A DNA stretch of 64,000 nt. It comes from an uncultured Bdellovibrionales bacterium. GTDB taxonomy: Bacteria > Myxococcota > XYA12-FULL-58-9 > CAYXVF01. A program made the translations under genes and the position numbers. A model generated the notes under the pieces. It had not been told where the DNA came from, made no database searches, and saw nothing but the letters and a program-made list of their open reading frames with translations. The stretch is taken from assembly GCA_964468125.1 (NCBI GenBank), contig CAYXVF010000019.1:1975-65974 (forward strand). Direction: 5' to 3'. Shown here in pieces: positions 1-8,975 of the stretch (position 1 is its first letter; every line of letters begins with the position of its first letter).

Positions 1-2871
1 ACCCCGGTGATCTTCGAGATCGATTTCACCTACACCTACGTCGACCGACGTCTCTACTCACGGTCCGGACTCGCGCTGGCTACGGACCTCGAAGTCCCCC
101 TCGTTGGCACGACGGACGTGCTCTACGGCTCTGCCTTCTACTATCCCGGCTATGAAGGCTTTCTCTACGCTTACAACATCAGCGACTTCGAGGGGCAGGC
201 GGGGGGCTCGATCCTCGAGTCCGTCACGGACGATGCCGCCGTGACCGTGCTCTGGGAGGCGGGTGAGGGGCTTCGCTCGCAAAACGGCGGCTCCCGGGTC
301 CTCTACACCGCGCGCGACACCGATGGAGATGGCGCCATGGACGACCGGACGCTCTTCGTGGAGGCCAACGCTAGCGCCTTGGCCCCGGACATGGCGATGA
401 GCGCCGCGGAAGCCGAAGACCTCATCGCCTACGTACATGGCGGCATGGAGCACCCGGACGGTTGGAAGCTCTACGACGCCGGACACTCCACCCCTGTCTA
501 TGTGGGGCCGCCGCAGGAAGATGCTGACTACGGCATGTACGCCGACCACGACTACGCCGCTTTTCAGCTCGCGAACGAGACACGCTCGCCCCGCGTCTAC
601 GTCGGCTCGAACGCCGGCATGGTGCACGCTTTTGACGCGATCACCGGCGCCGAGGAGTGGGCGTTCATTCCGAACAACCTGCTCGCTCGCCTGAAGCAGC
701 AGCGCCAGGCGGATGAGAACGGCGTGGAGAAGTACAACCACCAGTTCCTGGTGGACGGACAGCTCACGGTGCGCGACGTGTACGATGTCGTAGCCAATGA
801 ATGGCGGACCGTGCTGATTTCGGGTCAGGCTCTCGGTCAAGGACGTGGAGACAACAACTATTACTTCGCCCTCGACGTAACCGATCCGAGCGACCCGCTA
901 CCGCTCTGGGAATTCACCGACGAGTGGAACAGTGCTCGTCAGTCCTGCTCCGGCGTTGCGACGATCAGCGAGTGTACGACGACTTGTGCTTCCGAGACCT
1001 GCAGCGACTCCTGCGCGGATCCGAATCACATCTTCGAGGAGGCCTCCACCGGCGCGATCTACATCGAAGCGGAGTCCTTCAACGGAAGCTCGACCATCGA
1101 CAACACGCACATGTGGGTCGACGTCGGCGCCGGCGCTTGCCCCCCGGGGACCGGTGGCCGCGGGTTCTCCGGCAGCTGCGTTAATACGAGCCCCACTTCC
1201 CCTGACGTCAACTGCGGACTCGACGAGGCCAACTGCGGAGCGCAGTTGATCTACGATTTTCAGACCCAGACCGCCGGTACCTACCGGGTCTACGTTCGGG
1301 GGCTTGGGCCCTCGGGGTCGGACAATTCGGTGTTGGTGAAGGTGGACGAAGGAGAGGCGACGCGCGTCAATCTCTCTAGTGATGGCACCTGGTCGTGGGA
1401 GACCGACTCGACCACCTACAATCTCGCCGCGGGTGACCACACGGTCACCGTCTATATGCGTGAGAACGGAAGCTTCGTCGACAAGCTCCTCGTGACCACC
1501 GGGAGCGCACCGAGTGACTCAGATTATGGCGCATCGCAACAGTGCATGGAGCAATGCACGCCCGGGAGCTGCACGGAGACCTGCACGGAGACGACTCTCA
1601 CGGAAAACGATGAGTGGCCTGAGTGCGGCACCGGAAACAACATGCGTTGCTGCGCCGGAGAGCCCCTACAGGTCTGCGCTCCGATCGGTGAGGCGTGTCC
1701 GACGGTCGAGAACGCCATGGGCGAGACCTGGTCGCGCCCCGCGATCGGCCGGGTGACTATTGACGGCGACAAACGCTTCATCACGGCTTTTGGCTCGGGC
1801 TACGACAACATCGAAACGCCCACGGATGCAGTCGGCCGCAGCGTCTATATGATCGATGTGGTGAGCGGCGTGCTCCTGGACCGCTGGGACTTCAACGACC
1901 TCGTCGTTGGCGGCTCGAACCCTTCCACCATCGAGAATGCGGTTCCGGCAACACCGGAGCTCGTAGACCTGGATGACGATGGAGATGTGGATCGGATGTA
2001 CATCGGCGATCTCGAAGGGCGACTCTGGAAGGTCGACCTCGAGGATGACGGCGAGACGATCGATGGCATGGTATCCGACTTGAGCTGGCCGGCCTGTGTC
2101 GTGTTCGACGCGGGGGATCCAGAACGGGACGGGACTCGTACCTGGGCGCCGATCATCACGAAAGTCGCCGCCGCATTCCCTGACGCTTCCGGGTTCCCCC
2201 ACCTCTACTTCGGTACCGGTGGTGACGACCGGGTGCCGAGCGATCTGCGCTATCGCTTCTACGCGATTCGCGACGACGTCGACTGCCTCGAAGGTGGCGA
2301 CCCCTACGTCGCCCTGATCGACTACGACGATCTCTCCCTCGACGAGCTCGAGTGGGTGGTCGGCGATGGAGTGGGAACCGACTTTAACACCGACCTCGAA
2401 CGAGAAGATGCGGAAGGCGATGCGAACGACCGCTACTGGTCCGACCCGGTGGTGCTCGACAACACTTTCGTGTTCTTCGCCTCGCTGCCCGGTTCGATCG
2501 AATCGGTGAACCCCTGCGACAATCTCGACGGCGGCTCGAAGTTCTATGCCTACGCCGCTCGCTCCTTCTTCGATGACAGCGCGAGCGTGCAGCGCATCGC
2601 CGGGACATCGATCTTCGGCGACAATCCCTTCCTCAACGCGGGCTCGAAGATTCGCCAGGCGGTCGTCCTTCGCAAAGACGGCAGCAACGAGACGGTCACC
2701 CGTCGGAAGGAAACGCCAGTAGAGGTCGATCCGACGGACGTCTTCGTTCAGGAGTTCGCGAGCGGGGACGCCGAGCAGCCGGACGTGCTCGCCATCACGA
2801 CGCCTAGAGTCGGAGAGAACGTCACGGAGATTCGCGTCACTCGTTGGCGAGAGATCGCTCTGCGGCGGTGA
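1..2871 (+). CDS. pilY1: PilY1-like type IV pilus tip adhesin (C-terminal beta-propeller), 5'-partial at window edge, with an inserted Cys-rich/CBM-like module
   Basis: The frame is open to nt 1, so the gene starts upstream of the window. It carries a PilY1-type calcium-binding loop DLDDDGDVDRMYIGDLEGRLWKVDL (nt 1966-2040) plus the FIPNNLL and YFGTGGDD propeller-like motifs. Codon position 3 is G/C-rich throughout. Confidence 0.7.
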   Translation, partial: TPVIFEIDFTYTYVDRRLYSRSGLALATDLEVPLVGTTDVLYGSAFYYPGYEGFLYAYNISDFEGQAGGSILESVTDDAAVTVLWEAGEGLRSQNGGSRVLYTARDTDGDGAMDDRTLFVEANASALAPDMAMSAAEAEDLIAYVHGGMEHPDGWKLYDAGHSTPVYVGPPQEDADYGMYADHDYAAFQLANETRSPRVYVGSNAGMVHAFDAITGAEEWAFIPNNLLARLKQQRQADENGVEKYNHQFLVDGQLTVRDVYDVVANEWRTVLISGQALGQGRGDNNYYFALDVTDPSDPLPLWEFTDEWNSARQSCSGVATISECTTTCASETCSDSCADPNHIFEEASTGAIYIEAESFNGSSTIDNTHMWVDVGAGACPPGTGGRGFSGSCVNTSPTSPDVNCGLDEANCGAQLIYDFQTQTAGTYRVYVRGLGPSGSDNSVLVKVDEGEATRVNLSSDGTWSWETDSTTYNLAAGDHTVTVYMRENGSFVDKLLVTTGSAPSDSDYGASQQCMEQCTPGSCTETCTETTLTENDEWPECGTGNNMRCCAGEPLQVCAPIGEACPTVENAMGETWSRPAIGRVTIDGDKRFITAFGSGYDNIETPTDAVGRSVYMIDVVSGVLLDRWDFNDLVVGGSNPSTIENAVPATPELVDLDDDGDVDRMYIGDLEGRLWKVDLEDDGETIDGMVSDLSWPACVVFDAGDPERDGTRTWAPIITKVAAAFPDASGFPHLYFGTGGDDRVPSDLRYRFYAIRDDVDCLEGGDPYVALIDYDDLSLDELEWVVGDGVGTDFNTDLEREDAEGDANDRYWSDPVVLDNTFVFFASLPGSIESVNPCDNLDGGSKFYAYAARSFFDDSASVQRIAGTSIFGDNPFLNAGSKIRQAVVLRKDGSNETVTRRKETPVEVDPTDVFVQEFASGDAEQPDVLAITTPRVGENVTEIRVTRWREIALRR

Positions 2872-3772
2872 GCTCGAGGAACGCACCCTCGAGGCTGACG
2901 CCCCGTCGAACACCCAAGAGCGGTACGTCGTGTTTGAACAGGATCTCGATGCATCCGCGGATCACTTCCGCCGAGTCACGGTCGTCGCCGTAGCTGACCT
3001 CGAGCAGGCCCGGCGAAAGACGCGCGGCAACGTTCAGAATCTGCTGCAGCTCATCGAGAGGCGGCAGCGGGCCTTCACCGAGCTCGAAAACGAGCTCACC
3101 GCGCGTGCGCGTCAGCTCGTCCACGGGGCCGCTGAAGCGTAGCTTACCGTGGTCGAGGATCGCCGCGTGACTGCAGACCTCTTGAATCTCCGCCAAATTG
3201 TGACTCGAGACGACCACCGTCGTCCGGGGCACGAGCTCCGCCATCAGGTCCTTGATCGCTCGGGCGTTCTTCGGGTCGAGCCCGGCGGTGGGCTCGTCGA
3301 GGAAAATCAGGGATGGGGTGCCCATCAGCGCCTGAGCGAGGCCGATTCGCTTGCTCATCCCGTGACTCAGCTCGCGCCCGCGCGCCTTCTTTTTCTCCAT
3401 CAGCCCCACGAGCTCGAGCACGCGATCGGCGTCCTTCTTCGCCTTGCCGCCGGTCATGCCGAGGAGACGTCCGAAGTGTACGAGCTGCTCGCGCACTGAG
3501 ATCTGCGGCGGAAAGGTCGCGTCTTGCGGCAAGGCTGCGACCTTCCCCTCCAGGCTGTGAGAGCGTCGAACGTCGACTCCGAGGACGTTCGCTTCGCCGC
3601 CGTCCGCGCGCAACCAACCGCAAAGAATCCCAAACGCGGTGCTCTTGCCGGCGCCGTTGGGCCCCAGCAAACCGTAGAGGGATCCCGACTCGATCTCGAG
3701 ATCGAGGCCGTCGAGAGCGCGTATGGAACCGTAGCGCTTCGTGAGCCCTTGCGCATGGACCGCGATACTCAC
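2837..3772 (-). CDS. ABC transporter ATP-binding protein
   Basis: Walker A GPNGAGKST, signature-like LSHGMSKR and Walker B LIFLDEPTAGLD are present. The GTG start overlaps the stop of the upstream permease as GTGA (3769-3772). Confidence 0.9.
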   Translation of the reverse strand: MSIAVHAQGLTKRYGSIRALDGLDLEIESGSLYGLLGPNGAGKSTAFGILCGWLRADGGEANVLGVDVRRSHSLEGKVAALPQDATFPPQISVREQLVHFGRLLGMTGGKAKKDADRVLELVGLMEKKKARGRELSHGMSKRIGLAQALMGTPSLIFLDEPTAGLDPKNARAIKDLMAELVPRTTVVVSSHNLAEIQEVCSHAAILDHGKLRFSGPVDELTRTRGELVFELGEGPLPPLDELQQILNVAARLSPGLLEVSYGDDRDSAEVIRGCIEILFKHDVPLLGVRRGVSLEGAFLELTAAERSLANE

Positions 3773-4665
3773 AGGTCACGTCCCTGGAGCCGGCGCTCGG
3801 CGAGGAACAAAAACACCGCGGTGAAGACAGCGAAGGCCAAGACTCCCGTGAAGGGTGTGAGGATACCCGCACGCCACAGACTGTCTTGGTAGGTCACTGG
3901 ACTCACGTAGCGCAGATAGCGCAGCAGAGCGTAGCTACTCTCTTCAGGAATTGCTCCAAGCCAGTAGAAGACCCGGAGGAGGAATACGCCCGTGACCGCA
4001 AAGGCGAGAGCCGCCGCGGCTCGCTTCGTGAGGGTCGACATCGTCGTCGTGAGTGCTAGGTAGGCCGCGCCTACGGGAATGAGAAAGAGCCAGACGCGCA
4101 GCATTCCGGGAACGGTCGTACCGAGCTCCACGCTCTTCACCATGACCGTCGTGAGGAGCAGAAAGGCGAGCGCCGCGAGTCCCGACACGAGGGTCAAGGT
4201 GATCAGGTGGGCGACGAATTTGGCGAGGAGAAGGGTTCGTCGAGACGCCCGAAGGGTCGAGTAACACAGCGTTCGATTGTGCAGGTCGCTCTGGACCACG
4301 TCGAAGCTCGTGAAGCCGATCAAGAAAGGAAGAAAGGTGAGCGAGGCCCAGAAGTAGACCGGGACCGGCGCCGAGCGTAGGACGCTCTCCGCGAGCTCTT
4401 CCACCGGAGCGCCCGCAAAAAACGCGACGAGCTGCGTGTAGGCGGTGTTGCTTGTCAGCGTGTAGGCCGCCGCTGCGCGGATCGGATCCATGCCGGTTTC
4501 ATCGAGCGCGGCGAGCGCAGCCGCCTCGATTTCTCGGAGTGCGTAGGAGTAGGCCAGGCTACCCAGGACCGCGGCCGCGACGTAGACGAGGCTGACCACG
4601 AGCAAGCGCTTGGTCTTGGCTGCGATCACCAGCTCGTGACGGGTGAGCTCCGCTGCAATCCTCAC
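3769..4665 (-). CDS. ABC-2 type transporter permease (start uncertain)
   Basis: The C-terminal ~300 aa of track ORF 3769..5568 are multi-pass hydrophobic (about 6 TM segments) and are coupled to the ABC ATPase. The upstream 300 aa of that ORF are Arg/Ala-rich and antisense to the LOG gene, so I trimmed to the in-frame GTG at 4665. An alternative GTG lies at 4629. Confidence 0.6.
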   Translation of the reverse strand: MRIAAELTRHELVIAAKTKRLLVVSLVYVAAAVLGSLAYSYALREIEAAALAALDETGMDPIRAAAAYTLTSNTAYTQLVAFFAGAPVEELAESVLRSAPVPVYFWASLTFLPFLIGFTSFDVVQSDLHNRTLCYSTLRASRRTLLLAKFVAHLITLTLVSGLAALAFLLLTTVMVKSVELGTTVPGMLRVWLFLIPVGAAYLALTTTMSTLTKRAAAALAFAVTGVFLLRVFYWLGAIPEESSYALLRYLRYVSPVTYQDSLWRAGILTPFTGVLAFAVFTAVFLFLAERRLQGRDL

Positions 4666-4773
4666 CCACCCGGAAGTACTGCAACGGCGTGCGGATGTAA
4701 AATCCGTCGACGTTCCTTTCAGCGCTTCCCGCCGCGCAAAAAGCGGGTTGATGTCCGCCCCTTTCCATGGACC

Positions 4774-5379
4774 ATGGCGAGAATGACGATCCGATCGGTC
4801 TGTGTGTTCTGCGGCGCCGCGACCCCGAGCGATCGCCGCTTCATCGAAAGCGCGAGGGCCACTGGCGCGTTGCTCGCCGCCGAAGGGCTTGAGCTCGTCT
4901 ACGGCGCGGGGCGCGTTGGTCTGATGGGCTCCCTCGCTCAGTCCTGTTTGGATGCGGGCGGACGGGTGGTTGGGATCATTCCCGGGCATCTTCGAGACCT
5001 CGAAATCGGGCACGACGGCTTGCACGAGCTCCTGGTGGTCGACGACATGATGACGCGAAAGAAGGAGATGATCGCTCGCTCCGACGCGTTTTTGGTCCTT
5101 GGCGGCGGGTTCGGCACTCTCGATGAGCTCTTTGAGGTGCTTACCTTCAAGCAGCTTCGACTGCATCAGAAGCCCATCGTGATCCTCGACCTCGCGAGCT
5201 ATTGGTCTCCGCTCCTGCGCTCGATGGAGCACATGGTCGAAACAGGATTTGTTCGCGAGAGCGATCTCGAGCTCTTCACCATCGTCGATTCGATAGATGC
5301 AATCCCAGAGGCGCTGCGCGCACCGCAGGCGCCGGTCCCCGACCCGAGGACCAAGATCGATCCGAGCTTCAAAGAGTGA
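4774..5379 (+). CDS. LOG family protein (nucleotide 5'-monophosphate phosphoribohydrolase, TIGR00730-like)
   Basis: Motifs VYGAGRVGLMG and GGGFGTLDELFE (PGGxGTxxE type) are present. The start is the ATG at 4774 (MARMTIRSVCVFCG), and the length of ~200 aa is typical for the family. Confidence 0.85.
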   Translation: MARMTIRSVCVFCGAATPSDRRFIESARATGALLAAEGLELVYGAGRVGLMGSLAQSCLDAGGRVVGIIPGHLRDLEIGHDGLHELLVVDDMMTRKKEMIARSDAFLVLGGGFGTLDELFEVLTFKQLRLHQKPIVILDLASYWSPLLRSMEHMVETGFVRESDLELFTIVDSIDAIPEALRAPQAPVPDPRTKIDPSFKE

Positions 5380-6032
5380 TCCCCGCCATCTTCTTCGACA
5401 TGGACGGGGTGCTCGTCGACTCGGAACCGGAGTGGCAGCGCTCCGAGATCGCAGTGTTCGGAAGCCTCGGCGTGCGATTGTGCGAACGCGATTGCATGCA
5501 GACCAAGGGCATGCGCATCGATGAAGTCGTGCGCCATTGGCATACACGCGCGCCTTGGGAAAACCCATCTATCGAAGCGACCACCGAGCGAATCGTGACT
5601 GACATGGAAAATCGCCTCCGAAGCCACGGATTGGCGAAGGACGGTGCCGTCGAAGCCCTTCGCGATGCCCGGGCCGCTTCGCAGGTCGTTGCGATCGTCT
5701 CGTCGTCACCCCACCGTCTAATCGACGCGGTCGTCGAGCGGCTGGGGGTGCGTGACCTCATCGATTTTCAGGTGTCGGGAGACGACGTCCCCTACGGCAA
5801 GCCTCACCCGGAGATCTACCTGCGCGCTGCGGAGCGCGCGGGAACAGACGCCCCCCGCGCATGGGTCATCGAGGATTCGCTCTTCGGTGTCTTGGCGGCG
5901 AAGGCGGCTCGAATGAATTGCATCGCAATCCCTGAGGCACCGGATCGCGCTGATCCACGCTTTGCCATCGCCGATGAGATCCAGCCGTCCCTGCGTTCGC
6001 TCACGCGGGAGAATTGGTCTTCGCGACGATGA
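5376..6032 (+). CDS. HAD-IA family hydrolase (sugar-phosphatase-like)
   Basis: HAD motif I FFDMDGVLVDSE is followed by the later SG(D)D..GKP and EDS motifs. The GTG start overlaps the LOG stop as GTGA (5376-5379). Confidence 0.8.
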   Translation: MIPAIFFDMDGVLVDSEPEWQRSEIAVFGSLGVRLCERDCMQTKGMRIDEVVRHWHTRAPWENPSIEATTERIVTDMENRLRSHGLAKDGAVEALRDARAASQVVAIVSSSPHRLIDAVVERLGVRDLIDFQVSGDDVPYGKPHPEIYLRAAERAGTDAPRAWVIEDSLFGVLAAKAARMNCIAIPEAPDRADPRFAIADEIQPSLRSLTRENWSSRR

Positions 6033-6754
6033 GTCTAGAATCCCTAAGGCCTGGGCGTGCGAAGGTCGTACTGGGGGTGGACCTGAGCGCCGACGCGGGC
6101 GAGACCTGCGCCGCTGCGATCTTGCGCTGGCATGAGGACTCCGGGTGGCGGGTTGCGGGGCCGACGCAGCCCCTGGACGACGACCAGCGCATTCTCGCGG
6201 CGATGAAGGAGGTGGAGCTCGTGGCTCTCGACGGTCCACGGCGACCGCCAACGGGTTTCCGGCGCTTTGTCAAACGAGGCGAGGCCCCGCCGGAGGGTGC
6301 CGCACGAAGTCGGGCGTGCGAGCGCGAGCACACCCGACGGATCTGCCCGATTTTCTATTCGAGCCCTGTCGCTACCGCAGGGGTGCAACGCTGGATGATG
6401 CGTAGCTGGAAGCTCTTCGAGGCGAGTGAGCAGTCGGCGATTGAGATCTACCCCATGGGTGGTTTTGTCGCGGCACTCAACGGCGTTGAGAAGCGCAAAC
6501 CCCATGGTCTCGCCAACAAGAAGACCCGCGCCGGCCGCGAGGCGCGTCTGCACATCCTCGAGCAGCTCATCGGAGCGCAGGTCTGGGCTTTCGCCGAGCG
6601 CGTGCAAGGGAACGAGAAGGCACATGACCGAGTCGACGCATTGATGGCCGCGGTTACGGCGGCGGCCCATGGAGCTGGACGCAGCGTCGAGCTCGGCATC
6701 GCGGAAGAAGGCACGATTGTGGTCCAGAACCTCAGCCGAGCTCTTCCCCGATGA
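6029..6754 (+). CDS. Hypothetical protein, DUF429-like (predicted RNase H-fold) by weak pattern match
   Basis: The ATG overlaps the HAD stop as ATGA (6029-6032). An N-terminal VLGVDLS motif and a C-terminal DRVDALMAAVTAAAH motif resemble DUF429 signatures recalled from memory. Confidence 0.4.
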   Translation: MSLESLRPGRAKVVLGVDLSADAGETCAAAILRWHEDSGWRVAGPTQPLDDDQRILAAMKEVELVALDGPRRPPTGFRRFVKRGEAPPEGAARSRACEREHTRRICPIFYSSPVATAGVQRWMMRSWKLFEASEQSAIEIYPMGGFVAALNGVEKRKPHGLANKKTRAGREARLHILEQLIGAQVWAFAERVQGNEKAHDRVDALMAAVTAAAHGAGRSVELGIAEEGTIVVQNLSRALPR

Positions 6755-7187
6755 TCTTCTTCGTGAGACCGGGATCCAATGTGTCCTTGTGGCTCTTCAT
6801 GAGGTGACCCATCACCCGACCCGCCTCTTTTGGATCGGTCACGCCGAGCTCGCCTAGGGCCTTTTGGACCAGCGCGCGCGTCTCCGCCTCACCGGCCAGT
6901 GTTGGGAGCCACTGAGAGAAGAGATCGATCTCCCATTGGTATTGCTTGCGAAGTCCGGCGGTCCTCTCGCCACCCGCTTCGAGCTCGCCGATCCCCTTCT
7001 TCAGCGACCCCGCATAGCTCTTGATCACCTTGACGTAGAGGGCGTCGTCCAGCTCGCCGGAGAAGCCCTTGGCGTTCACCTCTTCTTGGATCTTGGATTT
7101 GAGTTGGCGCACCGCTTTGACCTTGTCCATTTCCTTGGCCTTCATCGCGGTCTTCATCAGCTCGTTGAGCTCGCTCTCGATCGACAT
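6732..7187 (-). CDS. GatB/YqeY domain-containing protein
   Basis: The 151-aa helical, Lys/Glu-rich protein MSIESELNELMKTAMKAKE...LGVTDPKEAGRVMGHLMKSH matches the YqeY family pattern. Confidence 0.8.
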   Translation of the reverse strand: MSIESELNELMKTAMKAKEMDKVKAVRQLKSKIQEEVNAKGFSGELDDALYVKVIKSYAGSLKKGIGELEAGGERTAGLRKQYQWEIDLFSQWLPTLAGEAETRALVQKALGELGVTDPKEAGRVMGHLMKSHKDTLDPGLTKKIIGEELG

Positions 7188-7268
7188 CGCGTGGTCCTCC
7201 TCTGGTCCGCTTCACTATCAACTGTCGTGGATCTTTACGAGGGCGGGGCGCCTTGCGAGACTCGACGA

Positions 7269-7610
7269 ATGGTCGCCACCATCAGCGCGCTCCATTCACC
7301 CGACCGTCGGCGTGCACGACGGCTGCTCCTGGCGAGCACGGTAGCGTATTTTCTACTCGCCACCGGCGTGCTGATCTACGCTCTCCTCACGAGTGTCGAC
7401 GTGCCCCTCCCCAAACCGGACTGGCCCTGGATCGCTCACGCCGCGTTTTTCACCGCATTCTTGTTTCCGGCGATCTCCGTCGCCTCTCTCCTCGCTGGCT
7501 GGGTCTTCTACGTTTCCGGAAGTTACGCCCTCGCGATGATCGGTGCGCTCATCCCCTGGGCCTGGGGCCTCCTCGCCATCGTGTCCACCCTGAGCGTGAC
7601 TCTGCCGTAG
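7269..7610 (+). CDS. Small integral membrane protein (3-4 TM), hypothetical
   Basis: Only the last 113 aa of track ORF 6864..7610 lie outside the YqeY gene. That portion starts at ATG 7269 and consists of hydrophobic helices. Confidence 0.4.
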   Translation: MVATISALHSPDRRRARRLLLASTVAYFLLATGVLIYALLTSVDVPLPKPDWPWIAHAAFFTAFLFPAISVASLLAGWVFYVSGSYALAMIGALIPWAWGLLAIVSTLSVTLP

Positions 7611-7729
7611 CTAGTGTGCCTACCTTCCGGGGACTTCTCGAATGCTCAACAGCCCATGCCTTCGCTAGCCGACCCGGAAGAGCCAGGTTTTTGAAGGACT
7701 GACGCAAGGAAAAACCGGGCAAACCGTAG

Positions 7730-8920
7730 CTAGCGGCGGCCGCCGCGACGGCCCTTGCGCTTCTTGCCCTTCTTGGCGGGTTTGGCGCTTGCCATTCCCC
7801 AAGACTCGACCCAAGCGGCACCTGCGCCCGCCTCGAGACCGGCGCACACGTTCACGAGGTCACCGTAGGTGAGCTCTTCGGTCTTGCGTCCGTCGCCCAG
7901 GTCGATGACCAGGGCGTAGGCGGTTCCCGCCTCGACTTCCCGACAATAAGAAGTCGACGGTATCCGAAAGCGCAGCTCGCCGTTCTCATAGGGATCGAGG
8001 CGCTCCGCCGCCATCGCTTCACCGAACTGCGCTGCCAGCACGGCCCGCGCAGATTTCTGTGCATCTTCGTCCACGTGCCACTGGGCGTTTGCCTCGCCGA
8101 GGGTGCCGCTCGCGACTTCTTTGCGCTCGTCGTCGCTCACCGCCGCCGCGAGGCTCCAGGCGACCGTGGCTGGCGACGGCGCTTCGCCCTTCTTCTGTAA
8201 GTGCTTCACGATCCCCACCAGATCGCGGTTCGCAAAGTTGTGGCTGACCGCGAGCGACTCGAAGGTGGGTGGGGGCGTGAGTTGTACGTCCGACCCGGCA
8301 GCGTTCTTTGCGCGCAGGTTGAACGCTTCGCTCGCCTCGTGATCCACGACGTTCGTGGCCGGTCCTTCTGGTACGGCTGTGACATATTCGATCGGCAGCA
8401 CGTAGCGGAGCTCTGGTGTCAGCTCGAAGGCGTAGAGGCCTACGAGGGCACCGTCGTCGCCAAAGACACCCGTCCCCACTTGCTCTTCCGTCAGAGGAAG
8501 AGAGGTCTCCAGGTACCAGCGCTTCTCGTGATAGCGGATTCCGCTCACGGTGGACGAGACCTTGCTGATCCCTTCCGCATCGAATTTCCCCGCGTGGAGG
8601 TTCGCGCCGACATCGAGGGCGCCGGAGTCGCCGAGGGTAGGGGCACTGATTGTGCGATTCAGATAGAGGATCGCTACGCCCAGGGGCTCGGTGCGATTGA
8701 GGATTCGTCCCTCGAGTCCGAGTTCTGCGCCGATGCGGACGTTGGTAGACTCGGAGGTATCGATCAGCGATAGGTCGGCAACCGCGTGTTGCTCGCCCAC
8801 GGCGACACCACCGCGGGACTGAAAACCGTCACTCACTGTCGCACTAAAAGCTTGCACGGCTTCCTCAGGAGTTTTGGTACACCCCGTCAGGACCGCGAGC
8901 GCGATGATGCAATAGCGCAT
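7730..8920 (-). CDS. Hypothetical lipoprotein with a basic C-terminal tail
   Basis: Signal peptide plus lipobox MRYCIIALAVLTGC begins at ATG 8920. The C-terminus is KPAKKGKKRKGRRGGRR. Codon bias is coding-like. Confidence 0.6.
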   Translation of the reverse strand: MRYCIIALAVLTGCTKTPEEAVQAFSATVSDGFQSRGGVAVGEQHAVADLSLIDTSESTNVRIGAELGLEGRILNRTEPLGVAILYLNRTISAPTLGDSGALDVGANLHAGKFDAEGISKVSSTVSGIRYHEKRWYLETSLPLTEEQVGTGVFGDDGALVGLYAFELTPELRYVLPIEYVTAVPEGPATNVVDHEASEAFNLRAKNAAGSDVQLTPPPTFESLAVSHNFANRDLVGIVKHLQKKGEAPSPATVAWSLAAAVSDDERKEVASGTLGEANAQWHVDEDAQKSARAVLAAQFGEAMAAERLDPYENGELRFRIPSTSYCREVEAGTAYALVIDLGDGRKTEELTYGDLVNVCAGLEAGAGAAWVESWGMASAKPAKKGKKRKGRRGGRR

Positions 8921-8975
8921 GTGATCCCCCTCCGGACACACGCTACCCTCAGCACGGTCGGATTGACAAACTTTT

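Noticed and set aside
4666-5568. The upstream 300 aa of minus ORF 3769..5568 (ABC-2 permease extension).
   Set aside because: This part is antisense to the LOG and HAD genes, which have strong motifs. It is not hydrophobic and has no family signal.
7624-7716. Inverted repeats (CTTCCGGG...CCCGGAAG and GGTTTTT...AAAAACC) between convergent genes as a bidirectional intrinsic terminator.
   Set aside because: The first repeat has a ~41-nt loop. The second is an A/T-only stem with no flanking U-run. Neither fits a classical terminator well enough to annotate.
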